Shown here piece by piece: positions 53,501 through 64,000 of a stretch of 64,000 nt of DNA. The notes under the pieces are model-generated. The model searched no databases. It was not told where the DNA came from and saw only the letters and a list, made by a program, of their open reading frames with translations. The stretch spans positions 2,728,001 through 2,792,000 of the forward strand of contig NC_087437.1 of NCBI RefSeq assembly GCF_036321535.1, written 5' to 3'. This DNA comes from Camelus dromedarius (lineage: Eukaryota). Positions within the stretch are counted from its first letter, which is position 1; each line of letters begins with the position of its first letter. Both the position numbers and the translations under genes were made by a program.

Positions 53501-54506
53501 CCAAGTTCCTGTCTCATTGACGTTATCTTCGATGTGGTCTGCTCTACTTTTGATGCTCTATTGCATTTTCCACTTCATTAAATTCTTAAGCTCCAGAATT
53601 TTCTTTTGTTTTTTTTTTAATGATTTCTGTTTCTTTGTTATATTTCTCATTTTGATTGTGTAGTGTTTATTTCATTAAATCATCTTTTTGTGTTTTGTTT
53701 GTTTGTATTTTGTAGCCTATTGAGTTTCCTTAAAACAGCTATTTTGAATCCTTTATTGTGTAAATATTAGATTTTCATGTTTGGGTTTGGTTACTGGGGG
53801 ATTATTGCGATCTTGTGGTGATGTCACGTCTCCTTGAGTTTTCATGCACCTGATGGAGTCCAGAACACACCAGCAGGAACTGCACTCATTTAATGCCCTC
53901 TGGGAGTCTCATATGCTCTTCTCATGATTTGCTCCCTCTCCCCAGTCATGGACTCCCTCTGCAGTGCTCTGGATGCATGGTGAGAAATGAGAGAAAGGAG
54001 TCTCTTCAGTAGAGTCCCACACAGATTTAGAAACCGGGCATTCTGTTGGTGACTCTCCCTGTCCCCTGCAGGAGAAGCCACTGGCATCTACTTAGCCAGA
54101 CGCCATACCTGTAACCTTAGGTGGTGCAGGTAGAGACATGCTGTTCCACTTACCCATTCCATCCAAACTCCTTTTTGTTCCCTCCAGTGGAGTGTTGGTC
54201 CTTCTCCTCTGGAAATCTGGGCTTCCACAGAGGCTCTCTCATCTGAAGGTGACTGCCTGAGTCCCTGCTCGGCCTGCACTCCCACTGTAGCTGAGAGGAG
54301 CTGGAACCGGTTCAGTCTCCTGTAGGTTTCACAGCTGGTGCTGAAGTCTGTCTGCTTATTACCCGGTGCTAGACTTGCCGTGGGTCCCTGGGGTGAGGTG
54401 CTGGGCGGCACTTGTGTTCATGGATGATGCCTATTTTCTGTTCTTAAAGGGGCGGACGAAACAAAGGATGCAGTGCACCACCGTGGTGCTGATGCCATGC
54501 CAGTGG
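50544..54506 (-). mobile_element. Old degenerate L1, right-arm copy
   Basis: Mirror of 21765-25727. Confidence 0.88.
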
Positions 54507-57022
54507 AAGTTTTAATATTTGCACTTGTTAATTTTTTCTTGAATGTACAGAAGAGGTTTCTGGATCATTGATTTCTTGATTTACCAGACAGAAAATAACC
54601 AGTGTGTGGTTCCCTGAGTCCCAGGTCTCACCTATGGGGCAATGGAAGTCAAATATCCTACATACACAAACTCTGTACTGTACTCAAGGGATGAAGAAAA
54701 ATAAGTTTTCTGTGCTTTTTACAAAGGGGGAAGGGGCAACTGTCTCTCTTTCCCTTTCTGAGAGAGTTTCCCTGGAAATGTGTAAGTCTTTGGAATAAAT
54801 AAATCTCTCTGAAAAAGACAGGCCCATTTGTTTTCAATTTTCAGAAATGTAGACACATCCCTCCAGGGTTAAGAAAACCTCTGGAGCTTTCACAGCATGT
54901 ACATACAATTGTAACTAATTGTTAAGGTTGCTTTAGCTCAGAATCCCAAATTTCTGTAAAGTTTGCCCTGACAGCCCAAACTATGCAGTAGTGAGAACAT
55001 TTTCCCTATAGTCCCACAGAGGGACGTTTCTTTATGATAAAATCTGTCAGGAAAATGTAAATTTATCTATGCCAAATAACAGAAATGCAAATGCATAGAG
55101 GAAAAATTAGGCAGAATTAAACGGAGAGACAGTTTCATAAGCACAACTGGAGATTTTGCTACATGTCAGGTACTGATGTAGCAGCTGGAGTTTTCAAAAA
55201 TCATCAAAGGCAGAAAAATCTGGACACACTGTCAGCTACATGTTTAAGAATGTTGGCAAATTTCCCTTGAGAAAGATCACTAGCAATGAACAAAAATACC
55301 TGTTTCCTTAGCTCCTAGCAGCCTTGGGACTTAATATTTTTTAATTTTTTATTTGTTGCTCTGATAGGCAAGGGTTAGTACTTGTACTTATTTGCATTTC
55401 ATTAACTGCTAAGTGATTGAACATTTTTGCATATGTTTGATTTTTTTAAATGGAGTACATTGCTAATTTTAGGTGTATTGTTATAGTTTTCCTTTATTTA
55501 TATTTTATATTTGCAAATATTTCCCCTTGTCATTAACTTTTTTTCCTTTTTAAAATTTTTTTTATGTATTTATTTATTTTAACATTTTTTATTGATTTAT
55601 AATCATTTTACAATGTTGTGTCAAATTCCAGTGTAGAGCACAATTTTTCAGTTATACACGAACATACATATACTCCTTGTAACATTTTTTTTCACTGTGA
55701 GCTACCATAAGATCTTGTATATATTTCCCTGTGCTACACAGTATAATGTTGTTTATCTATTCTACAATTTTGAAATCCCAGTCTATCTGTACCCACCCCC
55801 CGCCTCGTTGGCAACCACAAGTTTGTATTCTATATCTATGAGTCTATTTCTGTTTTGTATTTATGCTTTGTTTGGGTTTTTTTTGTTTGTTTGTTTTTTG
55901 TTTTTTGTTTTTTAGATTCCACATATGAGCAATCTCATAAGGTGTTTTTCTTTCTCTTTCTGGCTTACTTCACTTAGAATGACATTCTCCAGGAACATCC
56001 ATGTTGCTGCAAATGACGTTATGTTGTCAGTTTTTATGGCTGAGTAGTATTCCATTGTATAAATACACCACATCTTTATCCAGTCATCCGTTGATGGACA
56101 TTTAGGCTGTTTCCATGTCTTGGCTATTGTAAATAATGCTGCTATGAACATTGGGGTGCAGGTGTCATCCTGAAGTAGGGTTCCTTCTGGATATATGCCC
56201 AGGAGCGGGATTCCTGGGTCATATGGTAAGTCTATTCCTAGTCTTTTGAGGAATCTCCATACTGTTTTCCACAGTGGCTGCACCAAAATGCATTCCCACC
56301 AGCAGTGTAGGAGGGTTCCCCTTTTCTCCACAGCCTCTCCAGCATTTGTCATTTGTGGACTTTTGAATGATGGCCAGTCTGACTGGTGTGAGGTGATACC
56401 TCATTGTAGTTTTGGTTTGCATTTCTCTGATAATTAGTGATATTGAGCATTTTTTCATGTGTCTATTGATCATTTGTATGTCTTCCTTGGAGAATTGCTT
56501 GTTTAGGTCTTCTGCCCATTTTTGGATTGGGTTGTTTATTTTTTTCTTATTGAGTCGTATGAGCTGCTTATATATTCTGGAGATCAAGCCTTTGTCGGTT
56601 TCATTTGCAAAAATTTTCTCCCATTCCATAGGTTGCCTTTTTGTTTTACTTATGGTTTCCTTTGCTGTGCAGAAGCTTGTAAGTTCCATTAGGTCCCATT
56701 TGTTTCCCCTTGTCATTAACTTTTAAACCATCCTTCTTACGTTCTTTAACTTCTTATAATATTTGTGTAGTCAAATCCACCTCTTTTTTTTTCCTTGTTT
56801 TTTTCGTTTGGTTTCTGCAACTTATTTTCCGTGATTCTACTGATGACTTACAGTTCATTCAGGGTGTTATCTCATTTTAAAACTTACCCTGTAAAAGCAA
56901 GGCAGACTCCCTCCAATCAATGAAGCATTCAAGTGGGCCAATTAATTTCTGTCTGTTTTTACCACTTAGACTGTTAGTTGAAGTATTTGCTACAGTATTA
57001 TCCTATTCTATTTTATTCTATC

Positions 57023-57122
<100 letters not shown>

Positions 57123-57309
57123 TTATTTTGCAGGGCGGAGGGGGTGGTACTTAGGTTTATTTATTTAGTTAGTTTTTTTGATGGAGGTACTGGGGATTGA
57201 ACCCAGGACCTCATGCTTGCTAAGCAAGCACTCTACCACTGAGAGATACCCTCCCCCACCCTATCCTATTCCTGTGCAATTTAAATGTCTGTCTTCTTTT
57301 GGTTCTCAG

Positions 57310-57427
57310 ATCATTCATCATTTCACAAAGCGGATCCAGACCAAAATGAAGGATCTTCTACAGCAGATGGAAGAAGGGCGGAAGACAGCTGGTCCCCATG
57401 ATTGCTCTGCTTATACTGGTTGGACAG
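57310..57427 (+). pseudogene. LANCL2: Isolated LANCL2 exon 2, right-arm copy
   Basis: gtcttcttttggttctcAG|ATCATTCAT...TGGACAG|GTAAC; same peptide as 18834-18951. Confidence 0.88.
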
Positions 57428-60400
57428 GTAACACTCTGGGCTGTAAGTAATTGATATGTCTGATTTTTGGATTATGATATGTAAGACATGGATTTGAAAT
57501 GTTTTCCTTTTAAGATGACCAAGTTTTATACCTTTTAAAAGAAGTTTTAAACTGTCTTTATTGATGAGATGCTTTGTAATTTTATTTCTAAAGAAGTTCT
57601 TTTCTGTCTGAAGCTTAAATGTCATATGAAGTTAGTATGTCGTATTTTTGTAACCTTAATTATCTGATGTAATATGTGGCTGTTTTTGAAAATGTAGTAA
57701 GAGCAGACTTACTTTCAGTGTTGCCAGTGACTAGGTTCTTGTCCTGTCACAGAAAGAATTCAGAGATGGGACGCAGAAGTTAAGAAAGTCAGGTAGGGAT
57801 TTATTAAGGGATGGATAGCACACTCTCAAGGGGAGAGCGGGCAGGCTCCGGTGAGCGGCTGCCCTGTGTTTCTTTGGCAAGTTGATTACATAGGGTGTAA
57901 AAATGAATGGGCAGAATATTCATTGGGAGGGAAGGCTTTGGGGTCGTATTCCCTGATTTTCATCCCAGCTCCACCTTCCCAAGGTGGGAAGGGATTTTGT
58001 CTTTACTTAGTCCGGATTGGAAGTATCAGTGCATGATGGGTACTTCCAATCTGCAAGGCTAATTTTATTGAAATGAGGGCATAATGAGCAAAAGGTTACA
58101 TCGGGACACTGAAAAGTCCTGTCTTTCCCCACCTTTCTTTGTTGGCCTCCAGGCCACTTGTCATCTCAAAATATGTGACCACAATCAGCCCGGAGGGTCC
58201 TGCTTTTCTTTCTCTGCCCAGGGACCCCTGTTGTTTACATGATGTAGGGTTTCCTGAATTTGCCCCTCTTTTCTGCCCAATTCCTGCCATTTGGGCTGTG
58301 TCCCCCTTTCTCTGCTCATGTCTTAGCCATCTGCCTGCTCTAATATAAGGTCAGTTTTTTTGTTTGCTTTTGTGTCTTTGATCTTTGTGACAAGCTGTCT
58401 TTTGTGTGATTTCTCTGGTCCTGTATGTATATGAATGATTTAACCTACCACTTGTTCTCATTTGACTCATTTGGATACATAAAGATTTTAAGATTTATCT
58501 TGGTGTTAGTAATGAAACAGGCAAGCAGTAATACACTTCAATTCAGAAAGTTTAATTTCAAAATTAGCTTGCATCATTAACTAGTCTTTACATTCATCTC
58601 AGTATTTTGCCATGTAGCTAGAACATTCTAATAGGTATTTAGGGAATATAAAAGAATGAGACCAACCTTGTTCAGAGGGATTAGACTAGAGTGTGATTAC
58701 TGCTAATGACAGTTCGCATATAAATTTATAGGGTTTTCTTGCTAAATGTTTGTAGTTCAGTCAGTGAGCAGCGGGGACACAAGGGTAGGTGTCAGAGTCC
58801 CTGTGAAATGGCTCCTGGCTTTGCTGTGTCACCCACACATGAGGGCCCTGCCCTTTTTTATTGTTTGTGTTTGTGTTTATACTCATTTGTGTGATGCTTT
58901 ATTTATGATTTGCCTGTTATGAATGTAGTATTATGTAGTGACCTCTTCTCACTGAGCATTTCACTGACTGCTCGTTGCTCAGGGGCTTCACCACACTGGG
59001 GGGCTCAGGGGTCCAAGTTCCCCCATCTTTTTATTCCACTCTCCCCTGTTGGGCGGGGGATGCCCACCTGACTTGGAAAACTTGAACTTGGAAATGACAA
59101 ATGCCACTCCCCTCCCTCGGTGGGTGCGGGGTGGGAATAGGGGCTGAAGAGTCCTGTGAGGCACCTCCTCTCAGCCCAGCGGCCACCCTGCACTGTGGAG
59201 TGGGGTGCCCCGGGGCAGAGGCTGCCTCTGCCCACAGGCTCAGTCTTTTTCTCTTTCCTAGACCCCGTAAAACTTGTCTGTCCCTCCCCCACAGCCATCC
59301 TATTGTATTATTATTGTACTGTTATTGTTTACAACTTAAGGCTTCTTCAGGGCTCTGGGGCTCCCAGGGAGGGAGAGGTGGGTTAGGGCCGGAGCTGTGC
59401 TGGTTCGCAATCTGGGGAGCTTCCAGGGTGAAACCTGAAATTGGCTGGGTCCCCAGTGGGCGGGGAGGTGCAGAAGAAGGGGCAGGTCCCTCCAGAGGGA
59501 TTCACCTACAAGGCGTGTCCTGGGTGCCGCCAAGTGAGCAGATCTCCGCGCCACCCGCCAGCATCGTCCTGTTCCCCTGGAGGCCTTGCTGGGGTTCAGC
59601 CGCGTGACGGTAGAGATGTCGCAGCACCACATCACCTCTCCCAAAGTTGCGCTCTGGGGACCCCCGGGTGGACCGTCCGCTCACCGCACAGGGGAGGTGC
59701 GAGGAGCCTCCGAACGCCCGGGTCAGCTCTGGGTCGACTGGCGGTCACGTCCTCTCCGTGACCTCGATTGCAGACCACCCCCTGGCTGTGCACACGTGCG
59801 TGGCTGAGTGCGCGGACTCGCTGGGAGGTGCTTGGCCCTGGCCGTGCGCGCAGGAGGGACGGGAGGCCGTGCGTGCACAGAGGAGCCCGCGGTTTCCAGT
59901 CATATCCAGTGACCCAGCAGGTGAGGTGCGCGTGTGAGCCCCTGGGGAGAGGACACCCATCCTGCTCCCAAAGATGGGGCTTCAGCGGCTCTGCCCGGAG
60001 TCACAGGAGTGAGGACCTGGCAGCTCACATAACTGTGGGGTTCCAGACGCAGAGCCCTCCGGCGGCACCGCCCGCTCAGGCTGTTGTGGGCATGGCTACG
60101 TAGGAGAGAGAAGCGGAGAAGTTCGTTTAAAGAATAATTTATTGAAATTGAAATTCCCATAACGTAAAACAAACCATTTTAAAGTTAATATTCAGTATAT
60201 TCACAATGTGCGACTTCCCACCTGCTTCCAAAATCATGTCCTTCACTCAAAAGGGTGACCCTTCACCCCTGTGAACTGTTTCTCCCCACCGGCCCTTCCT
60301 TGGCCACCACCAGTCTGTGGGTTTACCTATACCTGCGTGGAATGAGACGTTATGTGGCACTTTGTGCCGGGCTTCTCTCTCTGGCTGTAGTGTCTTCCGG

Positions 60401-63400
60401 GCTCATTCACGTTGTAAAGGTGTCAGCGTTTCTCTCCTTTTTATGGCTCAACAATAGTCCGTGTGTGTATTTGCCACATTTTTTTTATCCATCATCTTTT
60501 GATGGACAGTTGTGTGGTCTCCACCCTTTGGCAAGTGTGAATATGCTGCAGGGAACACGGGTGTGTGTGTACTTGTTTTGAGTCTCTGTTCTGGATTCTT
60601 TGGGAGTCGAACTGCAAAGTCACATAGGAGTTCTTGGCTTAACTAAAATTGTCGTCTTGAATCTTGGAAAACTGTTCTGGGCAGCAGCACATCCTCATGG
60701 GTGCAGTTGTGCTGTGAATACCACATGCACCCTTCCCTGAAAGCAGTAGATGAAATCATGTGCAAGGGCCCCAAACGCTGGCTGCTGTGAGAAGGAAACG
60801 GGGAAAACCCCACGGGTAGGGGCTCGTCCTTACACTGGAGGTTTTAAAAAGAATGACAAGCTCCCTGTGAAGTAGTGTTTTCAGTGCCACCTGCAAAGGG
60901 AGCCAGGGCATCAACGCTGAGACTGCGGGACCAGGCTTTGGAGGGTGACAGCCAAGGGGGATCTTGGCGGGTGGCACCAGGCAAACCGTGCCTGTGTGCC
61001 AGCCCCCCGCCCCCGCCGGGGAAGGGCTCTCACCCTGGTGCCACAACATATGTAATCGGTAAGAGAATAAAGATGTTAAATTATGTTCTTTTTTGAAAAA
61101 AAAAAAAAAAAAAACGGATTTACCGATCATTGACTCCATTTCTCTGCTGAAGCCTTTGCCATTTCCTGTTGCAAAAGCTGCCCCCCAGAGAGGGCTTTCA
61201 TTGCTTGTGAAAATTGCTTTATGAAATGAAGACCAGAGGAGTCTGGTTGCCTGACATCCGTCAGACCACAGCTAGAGGCAACAGGAACCCAGGAGCCCAG
61301 GCCCCAAGGACGATGGAGCAACTGCTGCTCAGCTGAATCCATCATTCCAGTTAAGATGGAACCTGTGTGCAAGAGTCCCCAGGACCCAAGTGACCCACCC
61401 ACTCCCCTACCCTCTGAGGGGTGGGCCCCCACCGCGGATGCTCCTAGCTCTTTGTCCATAGCCTTTCTGTCGGGCAGCAGTGAAGAGTTACAGGTGGGAG
61501 AGTGACAGCGTTCCTACTTTCCCTGGGCATCCTGGGTTTACTCATGGACCCCCTGCTCTGCCCTGCTGCTCTGGGAAGCACAGATCCTGAGCTTCTGGGG
61601 AAATGGGTGAAAGAGGTGGTTGAAGGGAGTGCTTCAACATAGCCATCCTTGAACTTGAAACCCCCTTCCTCGACTCCCCCCCCCCCCCCGGCCCCTCAAC
61701 CTGCCCCAGACCAGCAATGTTTCCATCCTTCCTCTGATGGTCCATCTCAGGACCTGCACAGAAGACACCGTTTTGGTGGATTAGTGTGTTTGTTGGGCTC
61801 TCAGGAGGGGGCGGGGGTAATTCCACCCAATTAACATCAAGGGAGAGGGAGGCTCAGGGCTGGAGGGAAGCATTTCTTCTGGGCACATGCATCAGTTGTG
61901 TGTGTCCTGGGAAATGTGCGTGCCCAGGACAGGGCCTGGGGGCTGCCTCCTGTATCCCAACCCTCCCGGAACACTGGACGGCCAGTGGGAAGGAAGCATC
62001 TCCACACAGAAGCAGAATAAGAGGGCCATTTGCTGCCCGCCTTATTCAGTCCCCAGTAATCTGTCTTGCATCACTCACTTTTGTTGGGATTGACTAATAA
62101 GCAACATGCTTTCACCCAGCCTGGTGGATATAAGCTGGGTGCTGGGGGCTGGCGGGGGCTGGCTCCCTAACCCAGTGCAGGAGGCCAGGCATGGGGTGGG
62201 CTGGGCACCAGTTCCAAGCCCTGCTCTGGAAACACTGGCTCTGCAGAATCAGACACCCCGTGAGTGAGTGCAGCGTGTCCCACAGAGGTTGGGGATGAGA
62301 GGCTGGTCCCCACACTGCCCACAGGGAACTTAGGGGAGCCCGGACAACTGAAAGCCAGAACCCCCCCTCAGGGCTGGAGTAGCTGAACAACCATCATGAC
62401 CAGCTCGAAATCAGGGCTGTGGCATTGGGTCAGAATAGGGCTAATTTAGAAAACCTCTTAAAAAAAGGGGAATTTGAACTTTAATAGATGTTTTGGACAT
62501 CTGTTGTAAAAACTGAAGTGTGGATCTTCTTGAGGGGACGGGGAATGAAATGCATTTAATACAGAACCACAGCCTCACGGGTAGTGAGTTCAGTCCGTGA
62601 GGCTGCACAGTGTCTGTAACCGGAGGTGGTGTGAAGCATCACTCAGTGTAATTCTTCGATGTCAGATCTTGAGTGTTAATGCACTTCTTTTGGAAACCAT
62701 ATGCAAATTGCAAACCGTATCCTAAGTAGCTTGGACTTGCTCAAACCCAGTGTGCACTGATGCTATGTAAATATTCTGTAAGAGGGTGTCTTAATGAAGT
62801 AGAAATCTTACTACTATGATTGGCTAACCTTTATTCCTAATGCTACTAGATTAATATGAACACTAGTAAACGTCCTTTTCAGTAGAAGTAGCTCTGTCAT
62901 TTCTGATGTTAGGGTCCACGCTTAGCTTATGGAGTTTTTGTTTGTTTGTTTTTTCCTGCTGACCCATTCTTCTGTTGAAAGAAATTCAGTAATTGACATT
63001 GAATTTCATTTTGCTGATTCTCATATGCAGGCTGTTCTTTCATCTTCAAAGTAAGGGAAATGTAAAAATGTAAAAAAAAAAAAAAGGTGTTTTCTCTCAT
63101 GCAAAGCTCTTCAGGATTAGAAGAATTTCAGTTGGAAATTTGCACAGAAGTTGTAAAGTCAGAAACTAACAAGTGAGATTTCTGCTGTTGCTGGATTGTT
63201 AGTGTGTCGGGTGTCTTAAGTGTTTTTTCAATTTATGAACAGCATAATTTATTGATATACTGTTGATTTTGGGGAACTAAGCCTATTTTTCTATGAAAGA
63301 ATTTTGCAGGTCGAAGTTAGATACCCAGGCTCCACTCTTTCTGGTTTTTTTGGAGAGGGGTGTTGTGGTTTTTTGTTTTTTTTTTTTTTTTTTTTGGCAG

Positions 63401-64000
63401 GGCGGGGAGGGAGGTAATTCGGTTTATTTATTTATTTTTAGAGGAGGTACTTGGGATTGGACCCATGCTGTGCATGCACTCTACCACTTGAGCTATACTC
63501 TCCCCCTCTTTCTTGTTTTTGTTATCAACTCGTTTAAACCTCAAACCTGCTGAGTGGGACAGGTACCAGGACTGTCTCTCCTTTGCTATTGGACACTTGA
63601 ATTGTTTAAATGTTTTCATGGTTATTAATGCTGCTGAGATCAACACCCACATCAGAAATATTTTATGCATTTATGAATTTGATGACCACTTCGTTAAATG
63701 GTAGCTCAGGCATTGCATCATTCTTTGCCTTATTTTTCTTGTTGGTATTTATCACTTCTGACATCACATGGATTTACCTATCAGTTAATTTCCTCTGGAG
63801 CTTGGATTCCTTAGGGCAGAGTTTTTTCTGATTTGTTTACTAACGTATTCCCCAGCACCCAGAACAGTGTCTGGAACCTAAGAGGACAGATGTCCAGTAG
63901 ATATTTGTTGAATGGGGGAGAAAGCAAAGAATACAAGATTTATTGCATCTCTGCTGTGTGCTTGATGCTGGGTGAGCCAGCCAAATGCCTGCCCAGAGCT

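Overview
Mammalian genomic DNA, probably camelid judging by tRNA-Ala-like vic-1-type SINEs. No intact protein-coding gene is visible. (1) A large inverted duplication: left arm ~12259-33238, ending at a 200-N scaffold gap, and right arm 43033-64000, running off the window. The inner ~13.7 kb appears identical and the outer ~7 kb differs by a few SNPs and repeat-length changes. (2) A mosaic of gene fragments on one strand: an isolated LANCL2 exon 2 in each arm and three consecutive ABCA13 exons, one carrying a stop codon and a frameshift. (3) A ~9.8 kb insertion (40758-50543) that splits an old L1 at one point, starts in a CpG island, ends in an A-tail and is flanked by a 10-13 bp target-site duplication. 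It looks like a retrotransposed, largely unspliced transcript that brought a CpG-island promoter region upstream of the LANCL2 exon. The rest is ordinary interspersed repeats. Most ORFs in the track are spurious or L1-derived. Gene assignments rest on my recollection of the human proteins, not on a database search.
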